A DNA stretch of 62,108 bases, counting the filler. It is 14 parts of 14 records of this genome, joined end to end, with 100 filler letters (N's around TTAATTAATTAA, not from the genome) between each part and the next. Parts side by side here need not be neighbours in the genome. Positions count along the whole stretch, not along the records: positions 24,381 to 29,634 come from SRR7504441_52599; positions 29,735 to 34,303 come from SRR7504441_52658; positions 34,404 to 37,496 come from SRR7504441_52668; 11 more parts are not named here. One strand, written 5' to 3'. Each line of letters opens with the position of its first letter. The stretch's first letter is position 1. The position numbers and the translations under genes are program-made. Positions 25,099-36,290 of this stretch are shown here, piece after piece. Under the pieces are notes generated by a model that did not search any database, had not been told where the DNA came from, and saw nothing but the letters and a program-made list of their open reading frames with translations.

Positions 25099-27669
25099 AT
25101 GGAGGGACTGAAGCCTTTGAAGCTGATGGTCCGGTGGCCGGGCGGGCAGCAGCGGCAGGAGGTAGAGGGAGACTGCTGCGTGCGGGAGCTGCAGGTCGTC
25201 GTGGGATCGCTTACCGGGATTGCGCCGGAGCGCCAGAGGATCCAGTTCGGCGTCCCGCCCAGTGCGCTGCCGCTCGCCGACCCGGACGCCCCGCTCCGGG
25301 AGCTCGGGCTGGAGCGGGGCGACATCGTGATGGTCGAGCCCGATCAATCGGCCGAGCCCGAGCCACCGACTGTCAGCCAGGCGCCGCACCCGACGGCCAG
25401 TGGCGGGCGATCGTTCGGGTCCGGAGCAATCTCGGGGAACCTTGGAAGCAGGGACGGTTCGGCCACTGTCACTGCCACCACGCTGGGTGAGCCGATCGAA
25501 TCGGCACCGCCAGAGGAAGAGCAGTTGCATCCGACCATGGCTTCGATGCAGCAGCAGGCGGCACCCAAGACTGCCCTCGAGCTGTATGACCTAGTGGTCG
25601 AGACATGGGGCGAAGCCGTGCCTGCCGACACGTGCGAGCGCATCCGGAACGACATTGCGGAGGTGGAGGCCACCGCCGGGGCTGACATCGTTGTGAAGCC
25701 TGTCAAGGACTCGCCACTCCATTTGGAGGTGCGGCTCAAGAAGTTTGACCAGCAGTCGGCCCTCGGGCAAGACCTGGAAGTGCTCGCCAGAGCCTGCGGG
25801 CGGTACCCAGCCGCTGTGGAGCTTGTGGTCGAATTCGGACTGGACTACCCGCACAGCCCGCCCTTTGTGCGGATTTTCACACCGCGACTGCAGTATCTGA
25901 CTGGTAACGTGACCTTTGGAGGCAGCTTCAATACATTCTACACGACACCTGATGGGTGGCAGGGCGGGACAGCCATATCCCTGGCGCAGCTGCTTGTGCA
26001 GCTGAGGGAGCAGCTACTGCAGGGGAACGCCCAAGTAGACGCCCGCAACTTCCAGGCTGCCGAGAAAACCAGCAACGCCCTCTGCTACTCGGAGGAGGAA
26101 GCGAGGGCCGCCGAGTCTAGAGTGGCGACGCACTCAGACCAGATCGCCGGAGGGCAAGGCGAACTGGGGAAGACAGGGCGGGAGTTTCGGAGCTTCCCGT
26201 CGTCTCATTTCATCCAGCAGACGGGGAAGATGTTCTCACGCAATTTTGAGATGGGCAACCGGGTCTACCTGCATAAGAAGGTGGCGGGGCGGGCGGTGGC
26301 TAGTGAGGGCCGGGTGCAGGTGATGGAAGAGATGATGCTAGATAATCCAGATTTCAAGTTCCCGATGTACTTTGAGCTGACAACCCCCAACAACGTGACC
26401 ACCCATGTCTGCCCCTTCGAGTTTCAAGAGCTGCCCGAGCGGGACATGGTGGTCTTGCCCTCATGGCTGCATAAAGACCTGCAGCTGATGCCCGGGCAGC
26501 CTGTCAAGCTCCGTTGTGTCCAAATGCGCGGCCAGCCCGTGGCGATCAGAGTGATGCCAGTCTCCAAGGCGTTCAGCGCCGTGGAGAACCCGCAGGCCCA
26601 GCTTCAGTGGGGGCTGCGGCGGTATGGCACACTCACAATCGGCGACTCAATAGTGGTGGAGACTGCGCAAGGCCCCACACTGCTGCATGTCCTTGGAGTG
26701 CAGACAGACGAGGGCCCGCTCCCGCCTGGCTGCGGCACTTCCATTGTGCCGATGGGCAACTCGCCGCTGCGCGTGCTGTGTGACTTTGCTCCGTCGCCCG
26801 AGGATGCGCCAGCCGAGCACAGCCTCATGCACATGGAGATGATAGTTAGAAGCAACGAGGCCCCGGAGCAGATATTGGCGGAGGTGGCTGCGGCCAGTGG
26901 GATCAAGGAGTCCCGACTGAGGAACCTGCAATGCCCTGAGCCGGGCAAGCTGGTGTTCACCATCTGGGATGACGGGAGCACGCCAAGTGCAGCCAAACTG
27001 GCAACTGAATTAATTGTAAAATGGCACCAGGGCCGGTTACTTTCGTCAGCGCTGGACCTGGCAATCAACGACGAGAATTACAACACCACACTGGCTGCGC
27101 TGGAGGATCCTGACGGCAAGCAGCTGCAGCAGACCCTAGCACGGGCAGTGCCGGTGGGCGTCGAGGTGGCACCCGGGCTGGACAATGAGGCAGCTGATAG
27201 CCCGTTCCTAGCACTCGGCCTGCACAGGGAGGCGTCCGTCTCGCTAGTGGAGGAGAGGCTGTCTGCTCTTGGGTTTGCCAGGGAGGACGTGCGATTTGTT
27301 GTAAACCAGACGAATGGGCTATCCATGTCGATCGCGGAAAAGATGCTCCGGACTATGAGGGAGCTTGAGAGTGAACATAGTCATGTGAGCAAAGATCAAA
27401 TTCATTTCCTAATTGCAGCCTCGCATGGGGATCTGGATTTGGCGCGGAGCATGCTAGGCCAGCACAATGCGACCAGGACGACAGGTCCTGGCGTGGGGGG
27501 ATACAGCGCTGCTGCGGATACTGTTGATGATGAAGCCATCCTTGCGCAGATACTAGAGCAGAGCCGGTCAGAGTTCACAGAGGCACAAGCACAACCCGGC
27601 ATGCTAGACACGACAGACGACGATGAGCTGCTAGCACGCATGCTAGCACAGAGCATGGAGGATCGATAG
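25099..27669 (+). CDS. Multidomain ubiquitin-pathway protein: UBL, inactive UBE2Q-like E2 fold, UFD1 (UT3) domain, UBA-like, 2 UIM
   Basis: Single 856-aa ORF. UBL TGIAPERQRIQFGVPP; E2 DYPHSPPFVRIFTPRL..GNVTFGGS; UFD1 GNRVYL..FPMYFEL..THV..FEF..VLPSW..YGTLTIGD..DFAP; UIMs DDEAILAQILEQS and DDDELLARMLAQS. Confidence 0.85.
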   Translation: MEGLKPLKLMVRWPGGQQRQEVEGDCCVRELQVVVGSLTGIAPERQRIQFGVPPSALPLADPDAPLRELGLERGDIVMVEPDQSAEPEPPTVSQAPHPTASGGRSFGSGAISGNLGSRDGSATVTATTLGEPIESAPPEEEQLHPTMASMQQQAAPKTALELYDLVVETWGEAVPADTCERIRNDIAEVEATAGADIVVKPVKDSPLHLEVRLKKFDQQSALGQDLEVLARACGRYPAAVELVVEFGLDYPHSPPFVRIFTPRLQYLTGNVTFGGSFNTFYTTPDGWQGGTAISLAQLLVQLREQLLQGNAQVDARNFQAAEKTSNALCYSEEEARAAESRVATHSDQIAGGQGELGKTGREFRSFPSSHFIQQTGKMFSRNFEMGNRVYLHKKVAGRAVASEGRVQVMEEMMLDNPDFKFPMYFELTTPNNVTTHVCPFEFQELPERDMVVLPSWLHKDLQLMPGQPVKLRCVQMRGQPVAIRVMPVSKAFSAVENPQAQLQWGLRRYGTLTIGDSIVVETAQGPTLLHVLGVQTDEGPLPPGCGTSIVPMGNSPLRVLCDFAPSPEDAPAEHSLMHMEMIVRSNEAPEQILAEVAAASGIKESRLRNLQCPEPGKLVFTIWDDGSTPSAAKLATELIVKWHQGRLLSSALDLAINDENYNTTLAALEDPDGKQLQQTLARAVPVGVEVAPGLDNEAADSPFLALGLHREASVSLVEERLSALGFAREDVRFVVNQTNGLSMSIAEKMLRTMRELESEHSHVSKDQIHFLIAASHGDLDLARSMLGQHNATRTTGPGVGGYSAAADTVDDEAILAQILEQSRSEFTEAQAQPGMLDTTDDDELLARMLAQSMEDR

Positions 27670-28144
27670 ATGGTGGATAGATGTAGATACTGCGTAGATG
27701 GATCTACATTAATTAACGAGCACAAGATCGAACTTTACGATAACTTTACGACTTGTGATCCTACCTGTATATGAACTCGTTCACTTTACGTTCACTGATC
27801 GGAGTAATGATAAAGCTTGCTCTATCTTATTGGTATCTTATTGGGGGCATTGCTTTAAACAAGGTTCCTAATAAACGAATTGCTCGAGCTCATTCCCACC
27901 TAGGTTATGTTAAGTTATGTGATGAGCTAATGTGAGCCTTAAGGACCCGATCCTTGAGCTCACCTAAGCTCACCGGTTTTAACACATGATTTAACATCTC
28001 GAGAAATCACACCTCGATTCATGGTTCCACCTTAGACTACCTTAGACTAAACTCAAGTATGGACTGTCAGACAACGACAGTTACTATTGACGCGTCTACT
28101 GAAGGCTTCCGTCGGTTCTAAGTGAGTTGGAACCGCAATTTGCG

Positions 28145-29415
28145 TTAGTCGAAAAGCTCCCAGCTGTCGTCGTCTTCCACCCGCTCACACGGCTTTGTGA
28201 CAGCTTTGCGCAGCACCGGAGCTTCCACCTGCCCTAATATCAGCTCTCGGCCCAAGCCGGCCAACTCTCCTCCGGCCTTCGCACCAAGCTCCATATCTGC
28301 ACATGCGGGCAACCTGCCGCCGCATCGGGCTCCCCACGCAGTCGTACGCACCTTTGTTCAGCTCGGGGTCCAGCTCGGACAGCGCGCACTCAAACCAGCG
28401 CTCGAGCAGCTCCCAGAGCCGGTCCTCCGCCTCCGATCTCCGGCTGCCCCTGCCTGAGCGAGAGCATCGGCTGTGATAACCGGTGCGCCAGTATCACTAC
28501 GGTCTCCGGGGTGCATAGACTGGCCAGCGTGCGGGCGAGCCGCGAGCTCCCGTCGTCGTTGTACCCAAGGTCCGACCCGAGCACCTGACCGGCTGCTCTG
28601 CCCCAGTCGCCTCCGGGCGCACAATGTCAAAGCTGCCTGCCAGCCAACTGTGCGGCTGCCCCCACTCTAGCGGCACCACAGTCCCCTCCACCTGGTTGGG
28701 CAGATTGGCCTCGGCCAGTCCGCAGAGCTCCGCCCGGTCTGTAAGCGTCACGCGCGCTCCAAGAAGACCGGCGCACACGCCAACCAGCCCTGCAGACCGA
28801 TCCGAGCCGGACCCCGGCATAGGTGCACCGGTGCCGCTGCCCAGCTCGAGCGCGCTCTTGCCAGCCCAGGCGCCCGGCTCGAGGTATTTCTCCAAGTACC
28901 TTCCACCTCCGGTCGGCCGGCCTGGGGAGGGGGCGGCACCGGGCGAAGACCAGCCCGGCATCCCAGACCATCCCGCCTGTGAGCCCCCCCTCCACCAGCA
29001 GCTGTCGGTCCTCTCTGATGGCCAGCTGCTCCCCCAGGAACTCCAATCGTCGCTCCATCACCAGCCGCTGACCGTCGCACCCATCAGCCGCCCCGATCCG
29101 CACCGGCGGCGTCCACACCGCCAGCGCCCGATCGCCGCAGCTCACGCCCACCTGGAAGACTGCGCCGGCTGCCGCGTCGGCCGGGATCGTCAGCGTGCAC
29201 TGCCCACGCCCGGTCTCGTCCAGCCGGACCAGCTCCGGGGCGCAGGCGGCCGGGCCGAGCGCGGTGATCTGGCACTCGAGGCCGGGCAGCGGACTGGGGA
29301 AGCCGGCCTCGTCCTGCAGCTCCCAGCAGAGCTCGGAGGTCCCGCTGGGGGGCAGCGAGACTGGGACAGCCCGGCTGAACACCAGACGGAGCAGCGACTG
29401 GTCCGCCTCAGCCAT
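28145..29415 (-). CDS. METTL21/Methyltransf_16-like protein-lysine methyltransferase, multi-intron
   Basis: Motifs TGGMVWDAGLVFA, ALELGSGTG|LVG, VTLTD, LEWG, FDI|VLGSDLGY. The exact last exon is uncertain. Confidence 0.85.
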
Positions 29416-30155
29416 CACAGACAACTCGCCCGGGCGATTCCGGTACTTGATACCGAGTACTTGTATAGACTACTAGATCACCGTTTGCAAACCGCTTGAA
29501 CTGTTGAGTCTCGCCTGCCCAGAGACGAGGACGACGAGGAACGTGACTGTGATAAACCCATCGGCACACAAGCGACCACACAGCTAAGGCGACATCTTAG
29601 AGACCCAGACTAGGCGTTCGGGGTGGGGGCGGGGNNNNNNNNNNNNNNNNNNNNNNNNNNNNNNNNNNNNNNNNNNNNTTAATTAATTAANNNNNNNNNN
29701 NNNNNNNNNNNNNNNNNNNNNNNNNNNNNNNNNNCCAGCCCGACCAGCTGGCCGCCAGCGCCACGTGGCACAAGTCGACTCGCCATGCGGCAAGCCTTTT
29801 CAGATTGCCAATCGGCAATCTTGCGGCGGTTAGCAACATTAAATTTTTCCGGATGGACGGTCCAGAGAGACCTAGACGAAAATCAATAAACCGCGCGAGT
29901 GAGGATGGACATGTAATTCATGTATCGAGTTTAAGACTACGTATTGAGTACTCAAGTCCAAGGCTCAGTTGCGTGCTTTGCACCGTCCGGTCAACCAGCC
30001 CGGCGTGATCCTTAAATATTGAGCTAGGAGCTTGCTCATGATACTCTATTACTCTATTGATCCATGTTGATCGGATCATGATCATGACGTTGATTGGTAC
30101 GGAATTGAATCGCGAGTTGAGTCAGCAATCGAGACACACCAGCTCAGAATCCGCC

Positions 30156-31307
30156 TCAAACGCGGCACATCCGCTGCACCACCGACGGGCCGGCTTCCTG
30201 CCAATCGGCCTGCGTGACCCACATCCGATCAAACGTGGGCAGCGAGGCCAGCACGGAGCCTCCGGTCCACACGGCGTGCTTCCTCTCGGGCGGTGCGACC
30301 ACCTCCACCTCGCACCAGCTGAACAGCTGCTCCAGCTCCAGCCGCAGCCGCTCTGGCAGCCCCCTGAACATGGAGCCGCCGCCCGCAAGACAGATGTTCT
30401 TGCACAGTGGCTTCCGGGCGTCCATCTCGCTCTGCTCGATGGCGATCTTGGCCAGATCGTGCAGCCCCTGGTCCGCCTCCCGGCCGGTCATCCACTCCGG
30501 CTGGAACAGCCCCTCCGGCGCCGCAATTAGCTGCTCATTCAGCGTGACAGTATGCCCATCTGGCAGCTCATAAAGCTCCGGCTCAAAGCTCTCCTCAGCC
30601 GCGTCAAAGTCGGCCGCCACCCAGCAACGGCTCTCTACCAGCTGGGCGGCCGCTTGGGCCGGGTCTGGCACGCATCCTTGGAGCAGCATGCTCAGGTACT
30701 CGCGCACGTGCCAGCCTCCCAGCTCGGCAGTCTGCACAGCCGGCGGCATCACCCAGCCATCATACACCGGCACGGCCCGGGTGACCGTGTGCCCCACGTC
30801 CAGCGCCAGCCCGGTGGTCCGGCCGGCCGCGAACAGCGTGAGCTTTGGCCCGGAGGCCACGCAGGCCCGGGACAGTTGATGGACCTCCAGCAGCTGCTCG
30901 ATCATCTTCTCCCGGACTTGCCACCCGCCGGTGCAGCTCTCGCCCTCCGAGACCAGCGCCCCGGGCCCGGCCCGGCCCATCTCGGCGCCGACTGCCTTGA
31001 ACCCGCGCCGCCACAGCTCGCCCAGCTTGTCCCAGTCGGTCAGCACACCCAGCCGGTTGGTTGGCCGGCCGCCGTCGATCTGGCTGTCCAGCACCGCGGC
31101 CGGAGCCTCCTCCCCGGCCCGGCCCGCCTTAAGCCAGCCGCTCCCGCAGTCAAGCACCAGGTCGGGCCCGCGCCAGTCAACCCGGATAGCGTGGAGGTCG
31201 GCCGCTAGCCGTTGCTCCGGATCGGCCCGCTGCTCCCGCCGGGCCCCGATCCGGGTCTGAGCGTGCTCCAGCCGGCCGGCCAGTCCGCGCGGGGACATCG
31301 CCGGCAT
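30156..31307 (-). CDS. Divergent actin / actin-related protein
   Basis: Motifs LVLDCGSGWLKAG, GRTTGLALDVG, YELPDG, PEGLFQP, LAGGGSMF, PPERKHAVWTGGSVLASL. Confidence 0.88.
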   Translation of the reverse strand: MPAMSPRGLAGRLEHAQTRIGARREQRADPEQRLAADLHAIRVDWRGPDLVLDCGSGWLKAGRAGEEAPAAVLDSQIDGGRPTNRLGVLTDWDKLGELWRRGFKAVGAEMGRAGPGALVSEGESCTGGWQVREKMIEQLLEVHQLSRACVASGPKLTLFAAGRTTGLALDVGHTVTRAVPVYDGWVMPPAVQTAELGGWHVREYLSMLLQGCVPDPAQAAAQLVESRCWVAADFDAAEESFEPELYELPDGHTVTLNEQLIAAPEGLFQPEWMTGREADQGLHDLAKIAIEQSEMDARKPLCKNICLAGGGSMFRGLPERLRLELEQLFSWCEVEVVAPPERKHAVWTGGSVLASLPTFDRMWVTQADWQEAGPSVVQRMCRV

Positions 31308-31383
31308 GGTGGTCACGGCCCTGCGAAGCCCACTCAAGGCGTGGACCGGTGTCCGGTGTCGCTTGTCAGTTGGGATTGATTCG

Positions 31384-32848
31384 ATGGTGGGAAAGCTGGC
31401 TGTGGTGCTTGCGCTGTCGTGCGTGGCGTGGGCCGAGCAGCCGGGGGGCGGGCTGACGGTGCACGATCTCTCCGGCTTCCAGGCTCAAGAGCTCCGCCGC
31501 GACCAGAGCCAGGCCAAGGCCCTCGGGCTCCAGGAGGCCGCGGCGGTCCGCCAGATGCGCCGGGCCGAGCGACAGGCGGACGGCTCGGCAGACGCCCAGC
31601 TGGTGGCCGACACGGCGGCCCAAGAGCGCGAGCGGGCCGTGCGCGTGGCTCGGGCCGACCAGGCGACGGCCGAGGCGGCGGCCATGCGACAATTCACCGC
31701 GGCGCTGGGGGATGCGGAGCTGGAGCGGGCCCGGCGGCTGAGCGAGGCCGAGCGGCAGGCGGGGGCGGCTCGGGCGGCGGCGATCAACACGGAGCACGAC
31801 CGGCTGGCCGAGGCGGTGCGCGGCTGGGTGAGCGACGTGTCGGGCCAGCGCGAGCGCACCAACGCCAGGCTGGTCAGGATCGCAGGCAAGCAGCTGCCGC
31901 CCGGCGGGCCCGCGGCCACAGCGGCGGCCGGGGTTGTGTTGAAGGAGGCCCGGTCGCCCATTCGGCAGAAGCACAAGCACGACGTGCTCGCCAGCTTTGG
32001 TCGGTCGAGCGTGCGGTCGACCCACCTGCTCTCTCCAGACACCCTGGCCCCGGCGCTGATCGCGCGGAACAAAGAACTCTGCAACGAGGACCGGCAGCGG
32101 GGTGACCGCTGGATCGACCAAATCGAGCTCAATCGGACCGCGGCTCTGCAGCGGACGGAGATGGACGAGGTGGGCGCAGGCCGCTCCGCCGGCGGGATGG
32201 CGGGGCAGGTGCAGGTGGTGCAGGCGGCCCACGAGGCCGCGGCCCGGGCGGCCCGGCGGAAGGCCGAGCAGGCGGTAGCCTCGATGGGAGCCGAGCAGAG
32301 AGCCCAGATCAGCAAGCAGCAGGCGGCCGAGCAGGCGGCCGAGCAGCACCGGTGCGCGCATTGGGTGGCTGCTGCCGATCGGTTGCAGGCTGAGCGAGGC
32401 CAAGCGGAAGGCGGCAGGCGAGCTGCTCCGGCACAAGATCCAAGCCGCCGAGCACAAGCAGCAAGAGTGCGCCTGAGGGCTGCGGGCTGGGCTGAGCGGG
32501 TCGGGCAGGGCTGATGCGGCCACCCGGGCTTGGGAGGAGGGGCGGGAGCGGGCCAGGGAGCAGGAGCTGGGCCAGCTGGAGGAGCTCGAGCGCAAGCGGA
32601 GTGAGATGATCCGCGAGGCCGAGTTGGAGCGGCAGAGGCTGATCAAGAAGGCCACACTCGAGCTGGAGAGGGCCAAGCTAAAGGCCACTCAGGACAAGCA
32701 GCGCGCGGTGGCCGAGGCCGAGGCCCAGAGGCAAGCCGCGATCCGAGCCGCGCAGAATGTGCAAGCACAAAACCCTGTTGGTCTACCGAGGTCAGCGGCT
32801 AGTGGGGGAGCGGGTGGATCAACAGTGCCGTTGGTGGAAGATCTGTAG
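31384..32848 (+). CDS. Secreted Ala/Arg/Glu-rich coiled-coil protein, 3 introns
   Basis: Signal peptide MVGKLAVVLALSCVAWA. GT-AG introns join the ORFs up to the stop at 32848. Confidence 0.65.
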
Positions 32849-32987
32849 AGCATGGCTGATGCAGTTTTGATGAGACTAAACGCTTTAAATATGTTTTAAT
32901 ACACGTGTACATGATCCAAGTGCTCAATCAATCCGGAATCAATCCGAACAGAGTCAGGACCGAATCATGGTCTGAATCATGCGCACG

Positions 32988-34270
32988 TCAAGGACAAATC
33001 GTCTCATGAATCACCGTATCATCGTACGAGTTGGGTATGGGGGTTTTGAGGTCCACCTTCTTGCCCTCGGCCAGCAGGTCCTGGAACTTTGGCAGCTTGG
33101 CCGCCGCTGATAGCTGCCAGCCGCTCAGCCCCCCGGCAAGACGGGCAGCACCTTGCAGTCGATTATGGCCAGCTGCGGCCGGAGCAGGCAGCTATCGGTC
33201 TCCTTCCACTTCATCAAGTCGTTAAGCAGCTCGGGCTTGTCATCAAACTGGCCCAACGCTCAGCCCTGTGGCCACGCCCGCCCGCACCCCCCAGCTGTTG
33301 AGCATTTGCTTGAGAGCACTCCTGTCCGTGATCAGAGGGGTAGTCCGCCAGCGGAGCAGATCCACAAACGAGTCCTCCCCGGCGTTCACCTGCCGCCGAT
33401 TAGAAAGTCCGTTGGCCTGCCATACCCCGTGCTTGATCAGAACGGCCTGGAGCAGCGCAGTGATCGCGTTGTCTTCCTCGCTCCCCACCAGCTTGCTGAG
33501 CTCTTCCTGCCGGATCTGCACCCAACGGCTCGCCCGGCCCCGGCCCGGCCCCGGCACGTCGTGGTAGAGCAGCCGGCTGGCGTACGGGTTGGTCTGCTTG
33601 GGTGCCATTGACTTGGCCAGCTGCGACCAGCTCACGGCCCTTGCGGCCGAGCAGAATGCCTGGGCCATTTTCTGCGCGTGGGCCGCGTTGACGCTCAGCT
33701 GGGCGGTGGCCTCGGTGATGTCTTCCTGCAGCTGCCGTTGCTCCTGCTTGAAGCACTGCCGCGCCCGCTCGCCAGCAGCCGCCGGGCGGGCTACCGTGAG
33801 CTTGTCGTAGGCGGCGAACCGTTCGAGCATCCACCGGAGGTTCTTGAGCGCTGTGATGTACTTGAGGTCGGGCTGGCTCGAGGCCCCCACTGTGACGTGC
33901 TCGAAGTCCATCATTCTAACCACCTGAGCAGCGTTTGTCAGCGGGTGGCGAACGAGCAGCTCGCACCGGCTGCTTTGGGCTGTCGACCGAGCAGTCGCCC
34001 TCGAAGACGATCAGGATCGAGGTGCCGAGCAGGTGGAGCCCGTGCTGGGCCGCGGCCCACACCAGAACCTTGTCGATGAACTCGATGGCAGTCCGCGCCA
34101 CGTCCCCGCGCTGCGACCAGTCAGCGCGCACAGCCGCCGGCGCACCAGCGTGTCGCTCTCGTCCCTGAAGTAGTTCTCTATCAGCTTGGCCCAGTTGGCG
34201 TCCATCACGCCCGCCCCGTCCGCCTTGCTCAGACGGTCCTTCACGCCATCCGAGCAGAACCGCTGCACCA
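32988..34270 (-). CDS. Inositol polyphosphate kinase (IPK family) C-terminal part with extension, 5'-partial
   Basis: LLGTSILIVFEG and VRMMDFEH...DLKYITALKNL match the IPK SLL and IDF motifs. Confidence 0.7.
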
Positions 34271-34403
34271 CCGCCAGTCAGCCCCCCCCCCCCCCCCCCC
34301 CCCNNNNNNNNNNNNNNNNNNNNNNNNNNNNNNNNNNNNNNNNNNNNTTAATTAATTAANNNNNNNNNNNNNNNNNNNNNNNNNNNNNNNNNNNNNNNNN
34401 NNN

Positions 34404-34931
34404 GAGGATGAGGAGGACGAGGACGAGGACGAGGACGATGACCAGCAGCCCGTGCAGCCCGTGCCTTTGCCTGTGCAGCAGCCTGCACAATCGCAGCAGG
34501 AGCAGTATGACGAGGATGACGAAACAGAAGATGAAGATGAAGATGACCAGCTGCAGAGCTCCCAGGCGCAACCAGCACTGGTGCAGACCGCACCCCCCAC
34601 TCCGTCACCGACTCCAGTGCCGCGGCCTCCACGGAAGCAGAAGCGGAAGAATAGGAAATCACGTAATAGAACTAAGCGCAGGCGACGTCGCTCGCAGCCG
34701 CCAGTTCAGCAGCCGCCAGCTGAAGGGCCGCCAGTAGCGCAGCCGCAGCAGGCTCAAGCTAGCAAGCCGCTACGTCGGCGGACTCGCGGTGGAGTAAGAC
34801 GCAGGCGACGCAGATCGACGGAGGCACAGCCAGCTAACCCTCAAGTGCAGCAGCCAAAGCGGAAGAAGAAAAGGAAAAAGGCGCCACGTAGTACAACCAA
34901 ACGTAGAAGACGCCGCCGCTTCAGAGGTTGA
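34404..34931 (+). CDS. Low-complexity protein C-terminus (acidic tracts then Arg/Lys-rich tail), 5'-partial
   Basis: Open frame from the contig edge with D/E tracts, Q/P-rich stretches and poly-R/K clusters. Confidence 0.6.
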   Translation, partial: EDEEDEDEDEDDDQQPVQPVPLPVQQPAQSQQEQYDEDDETEDEDEDDQLQSSQAQPALVQTAPPTPSPTPVPRPPRKQKRKNRKSRNRTKRRRRRSQPPVQQPPAEGPPVAQPQQAQASKPLRRRTRGGVRRRRRRSTEAQPANPQVQQPKRKKKRKKAPRSTTKRRRRRRFRG

Positions 34932-35246
34932 ACGTTTACAAACGTTTAAACCACATCTTTTCAAAATGCTTCGAGATAATTATAGAGTGGCTTGAGGAGG
35001 ACCAGATGGTTACATTGACTGCGTCTATTATAGAATAGCATTAAACCATGTCACTTTAAATCACTTGTGAAGGGTAGTGGAGGGTACCCTAAATGCGAGT
35101 TATTAATCCGCCTTCTCAGTTTTAGTTGTTCGTACCAAGTACGTACTAAGTACGTACGAGTACCGCGGTACCGTCACGCCGTCAGCTGTGTTTGATCTTT
35201 GATCTGGGCGGCGTATCCGTTAAAACCCTTCGGCGGCCGCTCGCGC

Positions 35247-36136
35247 ATGGAGGATTCAGCGTGCCCACCGGTGTCTGGTGTGCAGGCTCCTCGCTGCCAC
35301 TGCTGCGCGGCCAAGATTGGACCGAGCCTGCTGGCGTGCAACCTGGCCCGTATCTCGGAGGAGGCCGGCCGGGTGCTCGAGGCCGGTGCGGACTATCTGC
35401 ACTTGGATGTGATGGACGGCCACTTCGTGCCCAACATCTCGTTCGGGCCGCCGGTGATCAAGTCGCTGCGCAAGGAGGCGCCCGAAGCGTTCATCGACGT
35501 GCACATGATGGTCTCGCACCCGCACAAGTGGGTGGAGGACATCAAGGCCGCCGGCGGGGACCAGTTCACATTCCATCTAGAGGCCGCCGCCAACCCGCCC
35601 GCCCTGATCGAGATGATCCGCCAGGCTGGGATGAAGGCGCCCGGCCCGTCGGCCATCGGCTGAGCCTGGGCAGGTTGGGATGGCGATCAAGCCTGGGACG
35701 GCTGTGGAGGATTTCGGGCCGTTCGTGTCGTTGGTGGATATGGCGCTGGTGATGACGGTCGAACCCGGGTTTGGCGGACAGAGCTTTATGCCGGCCATGA
35801 TGCCCAAGGTGCGCAGCCTGCGCGCCCAGCGTCCGGAGCTGGACATCCAAGTAGACGGCGGTCTCGGGCTCGGGACAATCGATGAAGCGGCGGCGGCGGG
35901 TGCCAACATGATCGTGGCGGGCAGCGCGGTGGGTGTCCGGTGCCGGCGGCGGCAGCGAGGAGTGGTAGGTGTTCAAACCGGAGCCCGGAGCGGCGATCGT
36001 GATTGCGCTGCTGAAGCGGAGCGTGGAACGGGCCGGAAACGGGCGAGACGAGGCGGATTGCTCACCATTGCCTCAGGCGGCGATCGACTATCTAGCTAAG
36101 ACGGAAGTGAGCGCTAGCAAAGCTCCAAAGCTGTGA
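35247..36136 (+). CDS. RPE: Ribulose-phosphate 3-epimerase (cytosolic type), 2 introns
   Basis: Motifs [50 protein letters not shown]. Introns 35637-35673 (GC-AG) and 35929-35968. Confidence 0.95.
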
Positions 36137-36290
36137 CCACTCGTGTGCTGGACCCTAGGCTTACACACGGCAAACTGATTCATCTAGACTAAATGATCAC
36201 CAGTCGACACCCCAATTGCAAGCCAGATAATAATTCGGCCCTCGGGTGACTCCAAAATTGGCAACAGGCGCAACTATCGAGACGGGCGAG

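Noticed and set aside
34282-34303. Poly-C run at a contig end (and poly-G at 42821-42833)
   Set aside because: These are homopolymers within introns or at assembly breaks, with unreliable length and no functional evidence.
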